From assembly GCF_001194135.2 (NCBI RefSeq), contig NC_068990.1, positions 2,709,449 through 2,773,448 on the forward strand: 64,000 nt of DNA. Reading direction: 5' to 3'. The position numbers were made by a program, and so were the translations under genes. The notes beneath the pieces were generated by a model that did not search any database, had not been told where the DNA came from, and saw nothing but the letters and a program-made list of their open reading frames with translations. Shown piece after piece: positions 40,162-52,703 of this stretch (positions are counted from its first letter, which is position 1; the number at the start of each line of letters is the position of its first letter). This stretch comes from Octopus bimaculoides. Its lineage: Eukaryota.

Positions 40162-41079
40162 GCAAAGATATATATATATATNNNNNNNNNNNNNNNNNNN
40201 NNNNNNNNNNNNNNNNNNNNNNNNNNNNNNNNNNNNNNNNNNNNNNNNNNNNNNNNNNNNNNNNNNNNNNNNNNNNNNNNNNNNNNNNNNNNNNNNNNNN
40301 NNNNNNNNNNNNNNNNNNNNNNNNNNNNNNNNNNNNNNNNNNNNNNNNNNNNNNNNNNNNNNNNNNNNNNNNNNNNNNNNNNNNNNNNNNNNNNNNNNNN
40401 NNNNNNNNNNNNNNNNNNNNNNNNNNNNNNNNNNNNNNNNNNNNNNNNNNNNNNNNNNNNNNNNNNNNNNNNNNNNNNNNNNNNNNNNNNNNNNNNNNNN
40501 NNNNNNNNNNNNNNNNNNNNNNNNNNNNNNNNNNNNNNNNNNNNNNNNNNNNNNNNNNNNNNNNNNNNNNNNNNNNNNNNNNNNNNNNNNNNNNNNNNNN
40601 NNNNNNNNNNNNNNNNNNNNNNNNNNNNNNNNNNNNNNNNNNNNNNNNNNNNNNNNNNNNNNNNNNNNNNNNNNNNNNNNNNNNNNNNNNNNNNNNNNNN
40701 NNNNNNNNNNNNNNNNNNNNNNNNNNNNNNNNNNNNNNNNNNNNNNNNNNNNNNNNNNNNNNNNNNNNNNNNNNNNNNNNNNNNNNNNNNNNNNNNNNNN
40801 NNNNNNNNNNNNNNNNNNNNNNNNNNNNNNNNNNNNNNNNNNNNNNNNNNNNNNNNNNNNNNNNNNNNNNNNNNNNNNNNNNNNNNNNNNNNNNNNNNNN
40901 NNNNNNNNNNNNNNNNNNNNNNNNNNNNNNNNNNNNNNNNNNNNNNNNNNNNNNNNNNNNNNNNNNNNNNNNNNNNNNNNNNNNNNNNNNNNNNNNNNNN
41001 NNNNNNNNNNNNNNNNNNNNNNNNNNNNNNNNNNNNNNNNNNNNNNNNNNNNNNNNNNNNNNNNNNNNNNNNNNNNNNT

Positions 41080-41938
41080 AGATGAAACATCCAGCCTACA
41101 TACCAAGACATTCTTTAGAAAAATTACTGCACTTCAGATATCGTATGGGTGTGTATTAGGCTTTTTTTCCTTCTGAAGCTGAAGAATATGTCAGAGTGAA
41201 GTGCATGCTTCGATGAAATTCACCCAACACACCCACCATAATTTGTGGATTTGTATCAATGGTCCAAATCTGAACTACGTTCATAGTGAACGGAGACACA
41301 GTTGTATTTGAGTTCTTTTTAAGCAATTTTACTTCGTTAATGTACCTAAGACAATGAAAAATGTCAAGGCTGTATAAGTTCGCTGCCTGCTAAAATTTTG
41401 TTGCGTCATATTGTAATTCACCACATTCATTTATATAATAATATAAGGGACGTGGAATACTAGAGAAATAGTGTAATGGCTTCATACATCATGTTTCTAT
41501 GCACCACTCCTGAATGAGATTGTCTTTTAATTTATTCTCCTTACGGCAAACATATATTTGACAGTGATAATGAGAGTCATTTTAACTGAATATATTGCAA
41601 TCATGTAAATATAATCTTCATTCCAGTAACAATGCACTAAATCTTTGTGAACTTTATTACAACACCGAAACCCAGTATCAATGATTTGACCAAGAATATA
41701 TCTTCAAACAGATGAATAACCATTTCGAACACTGTTGCAAAATATTGTCCTCGGAGGAGAAAAACATTTAACGAATGAATTTAATTTTTCCATAAAACGC
41801 AGACTTTGGCACCACAATTATATATACAGTCAGTGTTGCCGTTTTTATATACTTATAAATAGATCCACTACTCCCAGGTATTTGAGTAGGAGGCGTCTTC
41901 CAGTTGATGTTGAACATGTTGATGCCGTCTAGAGACAT
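41080..41938 (-). pseudogene. Possible decayed class A GPCR
   Basis: ATG at 41938: MSLDGINMFNINWKTPPT..TLTVYIIVVP (TM1-like), SLNVFLLR..LFEDIFLV (TM2-like), YMIAIYSVKMTLIITVKYMFAV (TM3-like), ISLVFHVPY (TM4-like), TALTFFIVLG (TM5-like). Several frameshifts. Confidence 0.4.
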
Positions 41939-44910
41939 GATTTGAAGATTAAATAATAAAATTTGTAAATATATCCCAATAGATGTCTTACTACTTCTAT
42001 TTTATGTTAACATGAAATTATATTTTGATAATTTATAGCTTGAGAGATGACGAATTACTCTGTAAACTCACACAGGGTCTTCTTCTATAGAAAAATCAAT
42101 AGTGCTGTTAGTGTTCAAGCGTTGAGAAAAATTTAATATTAATGAATGAAATTATATTTCAATTATTCCTAAAAGTACAATTAACAACTACGAATATGAT
42201 TCAGTTTTAGTACATTTTCTAAACGAAGAAAAATCTTGAGTGCATTTCCCTAAGCAGAGATAAGAGGTTACAAATTAAATGTACAACATTATACCGGAAA
42301 GGACATTAAAATTAGCATAATTAGGAGAATGAACTAGAAAACAAAATAACTCAAAGATAACATGTGCCTATAGTACACATTAATATGACCAGTTATTGTC
42401 CAAATCTATAAAATCTTAATATATGTAAATTTAAGAGTAACATAATCTTTCATTTACGCAAAGTCTACGTTGTAAATGTACAAATGATTCCCTTAGTTTA
42501 CAATTCTCGATTAATATTACCTGTCATAGTTTGTCTATTGTATATAAAAAGAGCGAATTTTGACATTCTTATACTTAATCCAGTAATATAAAATTCCATT
42601 ACGTTAATATTTATATACATAACGACAAGAGCTGATAAACGAATATGTTATTCAACTCTTTTCTTGATAATTATGTATCATATTTATTAATGAGCTTTCC
42701 GTGACTAACGTTACCAATATGAACTTCAATAAAATCTGACGAAAACATTTTCAATTCTCTTAGAAATTAAAAAAAATTGAAATGCGTAACCATCACAATG
42801 TATCTACTGCCCTCTCTTAAAGACTATAAGGGATTGTCACCAATTTGTGGAATCAAAGAATAATTTTGATATAAAATTCTCAAAAGTCCCTATATATTTA
42901 TAGAAATAACATAATACAAAGTATACTGAAATAGCTGGTTCATAGTTCGTGATCACCAATAAACATTTTAACAAGGAACTCGATATGTTTCCGGGATTGA
43001 GGACAGAAATGGAAAAGGATCTTATCTGATAGCTTTCTAGTTTTGTGCAAGTTACTATGCATAAATACAGTAGCCAGTGTACGCGCGTGAAAGGGTGCAT
43101 ATTTATTTGCATGTGATAGTAGGAATGGAATATTTTCGATGAGGAATAAAATATTCAGTGGATGTGATCCACTGCAATGAATTATTCTCATAAGACGTTT
43201 GACGTTTTGTTTAGTATACACAACCCAAAATAAGTCACAAAATCTTGCTTCAGCATGAATTAAAGTACAACGATACATTTAGAAAAAAACATTTGACCGT
43301 GAATTTGGTTTAAATAGGTACATATTTTTAAAATCATCATTATAATCCCGAACGTTCTTACAACTGATTCCTTTTGAATTTTTTTAGTCTTTTCAGAAAC
43401 TGTTGGTTGTATTTCCTCTTAAACCGTCTTTGTTACGTTTTCTGTCTTTAATGAATATTTTTAAATATCAAGAATATTTTCAATGAAATAAAGAAAATTC
43501 TTTACCAAAATGTTTCGGGATTAATACTTTAGGAATGGGTTTTTAACCGTAATACATCATTCTAATAATTTATAAATAATTAATTTTTCATGTCGGCACT
43601 GTGTTAATGACATATTATAACACTCCACGAAAATAATTTTTACGGTTATAACGAAAAATTAATGCTCCCATATTATTGCATATTCGATGAAATAAATTAT
43701 TGTTTTAACACGTACATAATTTTAAAATAGTTTTCTATTAGATTTCTCTAAAATATCATGTTTACCAAAATTATATGAGAATGCTCCTTTATAGATTTTG
43801 AATTTATTGATAATTATAATATAATATCTTCTACATATATTTTGGAATTCAAAATACCGCGACTCTCGTGTAAAAATTGCATAAAGATCAGTTGCAAAGA
43901 AAATGATAATTCGGATCTCTTTATATCACATTTTTAGTTCCAGTTTCCTAAAACGCCTAAATTTCAAACACGATTTCTTGTCTACTGCTGCAGGGAATAA
44001 TATATATCTACACACAAATAAAAAAAACCTAACACACGTGCGTGCGCGCACACTCACACCCACGCGCACAACCACATACGCACACACACAAACAAACAAA
44101 AACACTCACAGACATACACGAACACGCACACTCCCACACAAATACTCAAAAAGACCCATACACATCCATGTGTTTGTGTGTGTGTGCATATCTTTTATGT
44201 CTATACGTATGAATGTATCTGTATGTATATTTAAATAAATCTATAGAGAGATGGCGCATAAGAAGTAGATAGATGGATAGAGACTGACAGTCAGAAGACA
44301 GTGACGAACTGACAAACAGAGAGAGAGAGAGGGAGGGAGAGAGAGAGAGAGCAATTCATATAACTTNNNNNNNNNNGAGATGGCGCATAAGAAGTAGATA
44401 GATGGATAGAGGCTGACAGTCAGAAGACAGTGACGAACTGACAAACAGAGAGAGAGAGAGGGAGGGAGAGAGAGAGAGAGCAATTCATATAACTTTTGAC
44501 TAAACACCTGCTCTTGTATATGCGAGACATGGCAAGACATTTTTGAAGATGTTCTTGATCGCAAGTCTCTCCTCTCTACACCACTGACTTTTATCTATGA
44601 GAAAGGTAATCGATTCGGGCAGTTCACAGCTTAGCCCAAATTTTATCGTTGGTCTTGCTGTCAGAACTCAAAAAAAGAAAGCCAACACAAGACATCTCGC
44701 TCGGTCTTCAGCACCTCTGCGAATTCATCGTACTTGCAATGGAGTTTGTATCAACTATCAAAACACGAAAGCAAATTTAACCTTGGTTTGAGTTGAGCTC
44801 GGTGAGCAGAGAATCATAAACTCGCTGAGGCAGGTGTATTTCCTTATCCGTTGGCCTTATATGCATAAGAATTGCATATTTGTGTTGTGTGAAAATAATT
44901 TGTAGATAGC

Positions 44911-45059
44911 CGTTCTGAGATCAAATTCCGTCGAACTCGGCATTACCTTTCATCATTTGGAGGTCGATAAAATAAATAGTGGGTTCGGTGTAATCGACTA
45001 TCCACCTTCCCCCCACAACTTCAGGCCTTGTGCTTACAGTAAAAAGGATTATTATTATC
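44911..45059 (+). mobile_element. SINE family S1, 5'-truncated
   Basis: CGTTCTGAGATCAAATTCCGTCG...CCTTTTCATCATTTGGAGGTCGATAAAATAA...TTCAGGCCTTGTGCTTACAGTAAAAAGGATTATTATT. Confidence 0.75.
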
Positions 45060-45169
45060 AACTGCGAGGTCACCTCAGATGGAAGAGCGCTTTTTTGTAT
45101 GTAAGTGGTACCCAGATCGATGCGTGAATTTTCCAGTAGTAAATACTTTTAAAGACGTCTGCCTTTTAA

Positions 45170-45356
45170 CATTTCGTCTGCCGTCACGTTCTGAGATCAA
45201 ATCCCGCCGAGGTCGACTTTGCCTTTCATCCTTTCGGGGTCGATAAATTAAGTACCAGTTACACACTGGGGTCGATGTAATCGACTTAATCCGTTTGTCT
45301 GTCCTTGTTTGTCTACTCTATGCTTAGCCCCTTGTGGGCAATAAATAAATAAGAAT
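45170..45356 (+). mobile_element. SINE family S1, best-preserved copy (alternative tail); central domain resembles the MetaSINE core
   Basis: GTTCTGAGATCAAATCCCGCCGAGGTCGACTTTGCCTTTCATCCTTTCGGGGTCGATAAATTAAGTACCAG. The superfamily assignment is from memory. Confidence 0.85.
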
Positions 45357-45361
45357 CGATA

Positions 45362-45546
45362 GCAGGCCGGGCAAAATGATTCACGGAATTTCGTGCGTCC
45401 CTAAGTTCTGAGTTCGAATTCCGCCAATGCCGACTTTGCCTTACATCCTTCAGCAGTCAATGAAATAAGTACTAGTAACGCACTGGAGTCGATGTAATGA
45501 ACTAACCCCCTCCCTACGAAATTTCCGAATTATTATTATTATTATT
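45362..45546 (+). mobile_element. SINE family S1 with (ATT)n end
   Basis: GCCGGGCAAAATG...GTTCTGAGTTCGAATTCCGCC...GACTTTGCCTTACATCC...CACTGGAGTCGATGTAAT. Confidence 0.75.
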
Positions 45547-45599
45547 ATTCGACATGTGATAGTTTCATGTAAATTTTGATTACGTCATTAGCTACACCA

Positions 45600-46120
45600 C
45601 CGTGTTGCAGAGGTTTGTGCAGCATTGCACATCTTTGTTTTCTTTTTACTGTTTGTTTGGGCAGTCCAAACTCTTTCTGGCACTTTATTGTTTCAGTATC
45701 TTTTTTATGGGTTTGGTTTGAGTCCTCTGCTGTACCAGTATTGTCTTAGTATTGTGCGTTGAGTGCATAATGCGAGTTGCGTTCTTCTGTTGAGTATATC
45801 GGACCTGTAGAGCAAATGTTGTCGGGGTTGTTCATTTTATTGGATATTTACTATATGGATTGGTTTATTTCAGCTTTGGGAACTTTGCCTTATCGTAAGA
45901 TATATCGTTGGTCGTTTGCAACTGTAGTTTGATTTTTGTTTGTATTATTGTTTTCGCTCCATATTTCATATTTCTTTTTTTATTCGATGTTTTGGGTATA
46001 GAGTTGCATTGTAGAATGCGTATATCTCTTCAGTGTAGTCGTTATCTGTCCATCGTTCTCTTTTGACTTTGTTTTCTGTTTGGACAGTTTTATTAAGAGA
46101 TCGATCCGCCTTTACTGCGT
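45600..46120 (-). mobile_element. R4/Dong-clade LINE N-terminal ORF relic
   Basis: Minus-strand ERWTDNDYTEEIYAFYNATLYPK...YEIWSE resembles the W(T)..(D/E)Y..(I/V)MYAFY.A...P..TY.IWR start of R4/Dong ORFs. Confidence 0.45.
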
Positions 46121-46659
46121 TAACACTTTAACAGAACACCGTCACTAGACGTGTGCTGTTATTTCTTTCGTATTGCGATTGGTCGAGGTTCACAAAAAGG
46201 AATTCACCACCATTCCATTCTTCTTGTAGCTTTATCACTGAACAAAACTGCTCTTTCCACCGTTAAAATGAAGTTTTTTGCATATTTTGTTAAAGTAATT
46301 TAAATACTGTACATTCGATGTTTGTTTTGCTCACATGTGGAAGCTGAAACGTATTCGTGTTTGAATTGTATGAACAATATATTTCTTGATGTATAAGCGA
46401 GAAGCCATATTGTGCATATCTGTAGATCTGAGAATGCATAGTGATTAATATTGTACTCATATATTTGTTCACCGTTCTGTTCTATACGAATCACGCAGTT
46501 CCTCATGCTCTTTACACTTTCGTTCACATGTTTTGCTCATACAGGGCATCTCTGAGAAACTTTATATACTCATATGTGAAAACAATCTTACCGCTTGCTG
46601 AAAAAAATTACGTTAAAACAATTTTCTTAGATTTTTTTGTTGTTTCTTAAATCCTACTT

Positions 46660-46679
46660 GACCATGTTCTCACATGATC

Positions 46680-46746
<67 letters not shown>

Positions 46747-46777
46747 GTATCATCATCATCATCACCATCATCATTAT
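46660..46777. repeat. (ATT)n/(ATC)n tract at the 3' end of the R4/Dong element
   Basis: Directly visible. Confidence 0.95.
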
Positions 46778-47750
46778 TGAAGACGTCGCACAGTATACAG
46801 TATTGTGATGTCGTAGAATGAAGATATTGTGTGTACCGTGGATTTGTGTGGTCTGTCAAGTCACAACAAGGACCTGAGACAGACAGCATTTTACGTAGTA
46901 TGTATGCAGTAACGCTGATTATTGCAATGCATCAAAGCTGTCCACATATTGCTTGAGGTTGGGTGGTATTGAACCCTGTGCTCCGTTGACAACAGGTACA
47001 ATATTTATCTTCAATTCTAGCAGCTTTCACATCTTGGTGATCTCAATGATCAGGCCTCCATATTTGGCAGCCTTTTCTCTTTCATTCATCATAAGTTGAT
47101 CTCTATGTCGATAAATAGACACGCTCGCTTGTTCCTTCGATGCTCTAACATTATTTCTGTCTGGAAGTCAAAGTCCCAGAGCATGTTTGCCTTCTTGTTT
47201 TCGTCCATTATCTTTTCCTATGTAAATTGTTACCAAACACCCAATCCCTCGTATCCATACTTTCGGCATAACAGCCAGTGAAAAATTTGGGTTACCTTGT
47301 CGTGTCTGCGCTTGCAATCTTTCTGTGCAAGACTCTCACAAGCTCTAAAAATTTGAGCCACGCTTAGGACCTTCTTCCCACACATTCTGCAGACGTTCGA
47401 TGCACGTGTATTGTGTATATCGCTGTCACTGAATTGGTATTCAATGCTTGATCCTGGGTAGCGAGGATTAGATTTTCAGCCATCTTTCTAAGTTCACTTT
47501 TGCTGGGTCACATCCTTGATGCTTCCTGGTCTATTAAATTATTATTCTCACGGTTGAATTGACCTTGTAATTCAGTGAGAATTAGTGATCCTACTTTCTT
47601 GTTAGCTATTCGCAATCGGAATTCATTAGCACTCTCAACTCCATTGTTAGTAAATCTTTCTGCACTAGCAGCGTTCTGTAGCAGGTCTTGTTCGCCGTTC
47701 ACCAAATACTCTGTCAAGCTTCTTTTTCACCGTTGATGTACTTCCGTATG
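46778..47750 (-). mobile_element. R4/Dong-clade non-LTR retrotransposon, 5'-truncated (CCHC finger, REL endonuclease, 3' UTR)
   Basis: LILATQDQALNTN, CRMCGKKVLSVAQIFRACESLAQKDCKRRHDKVTQIFHWLLCRKYG, ENKKANMLWDFDFQT. Ends in an (AAT)n tract, the known Dong-type target. Confidence 0.9.
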
Positions 47751-47794
47751 CTAAGAGATTCAAATAAAAGATAAGAGATTCAAATAAAATAGTA

Positions 47795-47950
47795 AGTGGC
47801 ATTTCTTTCGATTGATTGTTTTCAGTTCAAATCCTGCCGAAATGAACTTCCCTTCCATCCGTTCAGGTAAATACCAGTCGGTCATGGATGTTAATAAAAT
47901 CACACTGCCCCTCACCTTATGGTTTCTAGCCCTGTGTCAATATTTGAACT
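47795..47950 (+). mobile_element. SINE family S1, very degraded
   Basis: CAGTTCAAATCCTGCCGAAATGAACTTCCCTTCCATCCGTTCAGGTAAATACCAG. Confidence 0.4.
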
Positions 47951-48584
47951 CTTCATTATTTTCATCAGTAAAATGTATTTCGGTTGCTAGTAGAACATTG
48001 TTTCTCAGCGGTATGTGTACAGCGCTACTGACAATGATTATATATATTCAGAGAGTATATTAATCTATATAGAAAAAAGAAATACAGCATGGATTTCTGA
48101 AGCAGATTAACTGGAAAATAAATACCATCGAAAAAGTTGGTATCCTGTCGCTGTTCGATTTTTCTATAAATCGTATTATCTATACTTTCGTGGTCTCCAG
48201 CGTTAATCACATCAGTGTAATTTTTTGTTACACATTTATTTTCACAGTGACTTATATATGCACCATGTGTGCGGAGAGAAGATACAACTAAACAGTCACA
48301 TAGTTGCATGGTGTAATATTATGAAGAAGGAAATAGCTAACGTCAAATGTAGCTTTAAAATGCAGGCTCTGTTTGGCGCCGTTGTTATGAGAAATGAGAG
48401 TAAAATATATTAACAAAGAAGTGGAGTCTTTGATAATTATCTCTAAATCTATCCTGCAACATATATTAATAATACTACAACAGAACTAAACAATATATAG
48501 ATATGAAACGTCAATAAAACAGAAATTTACAATAGATGTATGAATATATATATATATATATATCAGTATATGTATATATGTATG

Positions 48585-48615
<31 letters not shown>

Positions 48616-49321
48616 ATGTGTGTGTGTGTGTGTGTATATGTATGTATATATATATGTGTGTGTATATATANNNNNNNNNNNNNNNNNNNNNNNNNNNNNN
48701 NNNNNNNNNNNNNNNNNNNNNNNNNNNNNNNNNNNNNNNNNNNNNNNNNNNNNNNNNNNNNNNNNNNNNNNNNNNNNNNNNNNNNNNNNNNNNNNNNNNN
48801 NNNNNNNNNNNNNNNNNNNNNNNNNATATATATATATATATATATATATAGATAGATAGATACATATACATTATTAAGCAGCTGGAAAAATACCAATAAC
48901 TGTTACTCAGGGTATCGCGTTCCCGTTCGTCGGACAGTTTCGTTAAGAAGGGAGCAAAATAAGGTTATATGCATAAATGCACAATTACTTTGCTAGATAC
49001 ACATTTGAAAATGGTCTTGTTTCTGTAGACCATTAAGTAACGAGGTTTTCAGTCATTGGTTGTATGAAATTACAATTGTGGAAAATTTTGACTGTCGCAT
49101 ATGAATTTGGCTTTACACATTATATATAGTTATTTTGTATTAAAATGCCGTTATATATTTTGACGTCACATTTTTTATTTTACATCCGACTTTCAAGAAA
49201 GCCTTTGACTGTTTTACTAATTTAAACTTAAGTTTCGCGGAGATTTATTTTTTACTCATTCTTACACATTTTCTATATATTCAAAATTTATATTCTAAAT
49301 TTATATACTTATTTAGAATAT

Positions 49322-49707
49322 AATCCTCATCTTGTTTGTTGTTAACACAACGTTTCGTCTGATATACCCTCCACCCTTCTCAGGTGTCTTGGGGAAATTT
49401 CGAACTTGAGTTCTCATTCCTAAGGTATTCTTCGATGTTGTTGTTGTTATTATAATCATCATCATCATTATTATTATTACTACTACTATTATTATTATTA
49501 TTTTATGTTTGACTTTTGTTTTGNNNNNNNNNNATTATTATTATTATTATTATTATTATTTTTATTCAGGTCACTGTTTGGAATCAAACTCGGAATCTTG
49601 AGGTTAGTACCCCACGCTTTTAACAACTATGCCCGCGAGCATATGGCGCAGTGGTTAAGAGAGTGGGCTACCTACCCCAAGATTCCGAGTTCGATTCCAA
49701 GCAATGA

Positions 49708-49779
<72 letters not shown>

Positions 49780-49790
49780 TGATGATGATG
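49322..49790. mobile_element. Family A palindromic element: HHR tail, (ATT)n, tRNA-like head (minus), then tRNA-like head and (AAT)n (plus)
   Basis: 49562-49633 is the reverse complement of about 49638-49713 around a central CGCG. The plus head has A box TGGCGCAGTGG and B box GAGTTCGATTCC. A degenerate HHR lies at 49344-49388. A 10-N gap lies inside the (ATT)n tract. Confidence 0.75.
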
Positions 49791-49804
49791 ATACCAAATC
49801 TTAC

Positions 49805-50105
49805 TTCGGAAAGTGCAAGATGGCTATCATTTCGGCATACATCAATGTGATCTACTAACCGGAATAAGTATCAAACAAAATCTGTCATTAGCAATGACTT
49901 CTACGCCTTCATGGTCATGGTTTCTTGAGCCGGTCATCTACATACTCAAACGCCGTGACCTTTTCCAGCAGTTCATGGTAGACGTGTACGCTAAAATGGA
50001 GAGTGAAAGCCTTCTTTAAAAATAACCAGCAAAAACTTCGTGCTGAAACCTACATCCAGTTGTGGGATGCTATTGCCAATGACGATGACATTCAAATGTC
50101 GGTCA
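49805..50105 (+). mobile_element. Helitron Rep/helicase fragment
   Basis: QDGYHFGI...ILKRRDLFQQFMVDVYAKMESESL / KNNQQKLRAETYIQLWDAIAND matches the Helitron Rep LFQQ(F/Y).VD.Y.K.E..RL.....Q..LR...Y..L.DA motif. Confidence 0.85.
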
Positions 50106-50299
50106 CAGGATTATTCTCCTGGTTCCTGTCTACATGTTTTCAGCATACAGGAATTTGCTATTATTTAGTTCTAAATTTGCTTGGTTTGGGCAATAAAAAT
50201 TAAAGGCACAAAAGTTATTTCTGTTAGATGTTATATTCATTAAACGTTTCTTTCAGAGACGAATATATCTTAAATGTGCGACCTAGGCGTATTGCATTG

Positions 50300-50570
50300 G
50301 CTCTCCCTACCTTCTCCGCCCCGTTCTACTATCATGCTTCATTCACTTCGCACCTTACACGGTTTTTCCCTCGGCTTTACTTCTAACTCTGGATATTATC
50401 CCAATAAATTCTTCTCACTTGTCCACTGCCTAATTTGCAACACCACTCAACCTCTACACAATTCAGATGTTGGGAAAACGTTTCATGTGGCAAAACTTTC
50501 CTCTTCTGTGTCAATTGCACTCACTTAACTTCCATAGAAGCAAGCCCATGTGTGTTCGTAAGACACTTGA
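50300..50570 (+). mobile_element. Possible CR1/Jockey-type LINE 3' relic
   Basis: HSLRTL..GYYPNKFFSLV..KLSSSV loosely resembles HSL..RR..G.C..EL.SLVP..LWN.LPSSV. Confidence 0.3.
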
Positions 50571-51968
50571 TGTGTGATTAAAAGAATTTACACAATCTGA
50601 TTCTAACACGTAGAAAGGGAACTTAGATGCTTCACTAATACAATTTAAAGGCAATAGTCGTTAATTTCCGTTAACCGAAAACTTGTATTACTGGTATTCC
50701 AATAAATGAGTGTTGTTGCTAGTAGGCTTTTAACGTGCAGCAGTTTTAATCTGAACAATTCCGGTAAGCTAAAAATGTTACACACACACACACACACACA
50801 CACATGTATATATATATATATAAAATGAGAATTTCATATGCTCTAATAGTTATTTTCAATAAATTATTGGATAAAACAATTATCAGGAAAATCGAAATTC
50901 ATAATTCTATAGTCGGAATTCCTGTTGAAATAAAGAAAATAATGTTATAATGGACATTTTTTAATTAAAAAAAAATATATTGATTTCTATTTTAGTGTTT
51001 CAAAAGACAGACGTTTATAAAATCAAGAATTAACAGAAAACACATTTCAAAAACCAACAATGAAAATAATAAAAATATAATAAAAAGATGAATGCACATT
51101 CCAATTCACATCTGAGTGGTTCATCAAGCAGGAGAAAAAGTATGTCCCATTTTTTTTTTTTTTGTGAAAATGACTATGTTACAAATATGGAGAGGGATAG
51201 TGAGTCGAAAGAGTGTATGTATATGTGTATACTCATATGTATGCAAACATCTGTCTGTCTGTCTATCTATCTATCTCCGTATAAATGTAATTATTGTGAC
51301 TGTATCAAGTAATTTTTACAAAAGCTTTTATATATACATATATCTATGTGTGTATATTTGTGTCTGTGTATTTGTATTTGTGCGCGCAAACACATACACA
51401 CACACACATATATGTATATATAATTAGAGTCTGGTGTCTATATTCTTCATTTTCTACATCTTTTTCTTTTTCTTCTTCTTCTTTACATGGTTTGTGTATC
51501 GTGAATACTGTTTTAGAAGTTACGTGCACGTGGAGGATAAATAGCTGTTATAGCAAGCAGAACGAATGAGCAAGCAGATGCTGAAATCAATGGTTTGTTT
51601 TCACTGTGAGTAGCGATTTTACGCAGGTGAAGATCAAACGCAAAATGTACTGTTTGAATACACAAAAGGCTACAACAGACGATTTTGAAAAATCAGTTGA
51701 AAATTTAAAGATTGTTTGTCTGAAGAAGAATATATTTCTTAAATTGTTATTGATATAAATAATGGAAGAGTAGATAACACATCAGATGTAATTATATTTT
51801 CTTTTACGAATGCAAACAACAAGCAACAACGAAGAAGAAAGGAATTTTAGCAAATAATCTAATAAAATATAATGGCGTAAACGACGGAAAGAATTTGAAG
51901 TTACTTCAAAATATGTTACTCGCAAAAAATGTATTAGTAGATTTGCATCCTCTCCTTACACATAACAT

Positions 51969-51999
<31 letters not shown>

Positions 52000-52304
52000 G
52001 CGTGGATATAGATACGCTGGCCTGAATACACGCACAAACACATATATATATATATATACATAAGTACATCAACCTATTTCTACAAACACACACATATACA
52101 GACGTACAACGCGCACATATAAATACACACGCACACACTTATAAGCACACATAGAAACAGACTACAAATACGTATATTCGTGTGCGTGTATTGAAGTTAC
52201 ATAATTTAGGAAATGTTATTCGGTAAAAGATTAGTTTCTTTAGAAACCTTTCCGCAGCATTTTCCACAGCATATTGATCTACTCTGTTTTACTCGCTTTT
52301 GCTA

Positions 52305-52535
52305 TGTTTTACTTCTTTCAGTCATTTGACTGCTGCCATGCTGGACCCCCACCTTTAGTCGTGCAAATCGACCCCAGGACTTATTCTTTGTAAGCCTAGT
52401 ACTTATTCTATCGGTCTGTTTTGCCGAACCGCTAAGTTACGGTGATGTAAACACACCAGCATCGGTTGTCAAGCGATGTTGGGGGACAAACACAGACACT
52501 CAAACACACACACACACACATACACACACACACAT

Positions 52536-52574
<39 letters not shown>

Positions 52575-52703
52575 CATATATACGACCGGCTTCTTTCAGT
52601 TTCCGTCTACCAAATCCACTCACAAGGCTTTGGTCTGCTCGAGGCTATAGTAGAAGACACTTGGATAAGTTGCCTCGCAGTGAGATGAACCCGGGACCAT
52701 GTT
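52305..52703 (-). mobile_element. SINE family S2, 5' end of head truncated
   Basis: High identity to 37043-37525 (CAAATCGACCCCAGGACTTATTCTTTGTAAGCCTAGTACTTATTCTATCGGTC...CTTTCAGTTTCCGTCTACCAAATCCACTCACAAGGCTTTGGTC). Confidence 0.9.

Noticed and set aside
44247-44487. Near-perfect ~120-bp direct duplication
   Set aside because: The copies sit on either side of a 10-N gap, typical of an unmerged contig overlap.
49638-49713. Possible genuine tRNA gene
   Set aside because: It has A/B boxes but no proper acceptor stem, runs into (AAT)n and has an inverted twin, so it is better explained as a SINE-type head.
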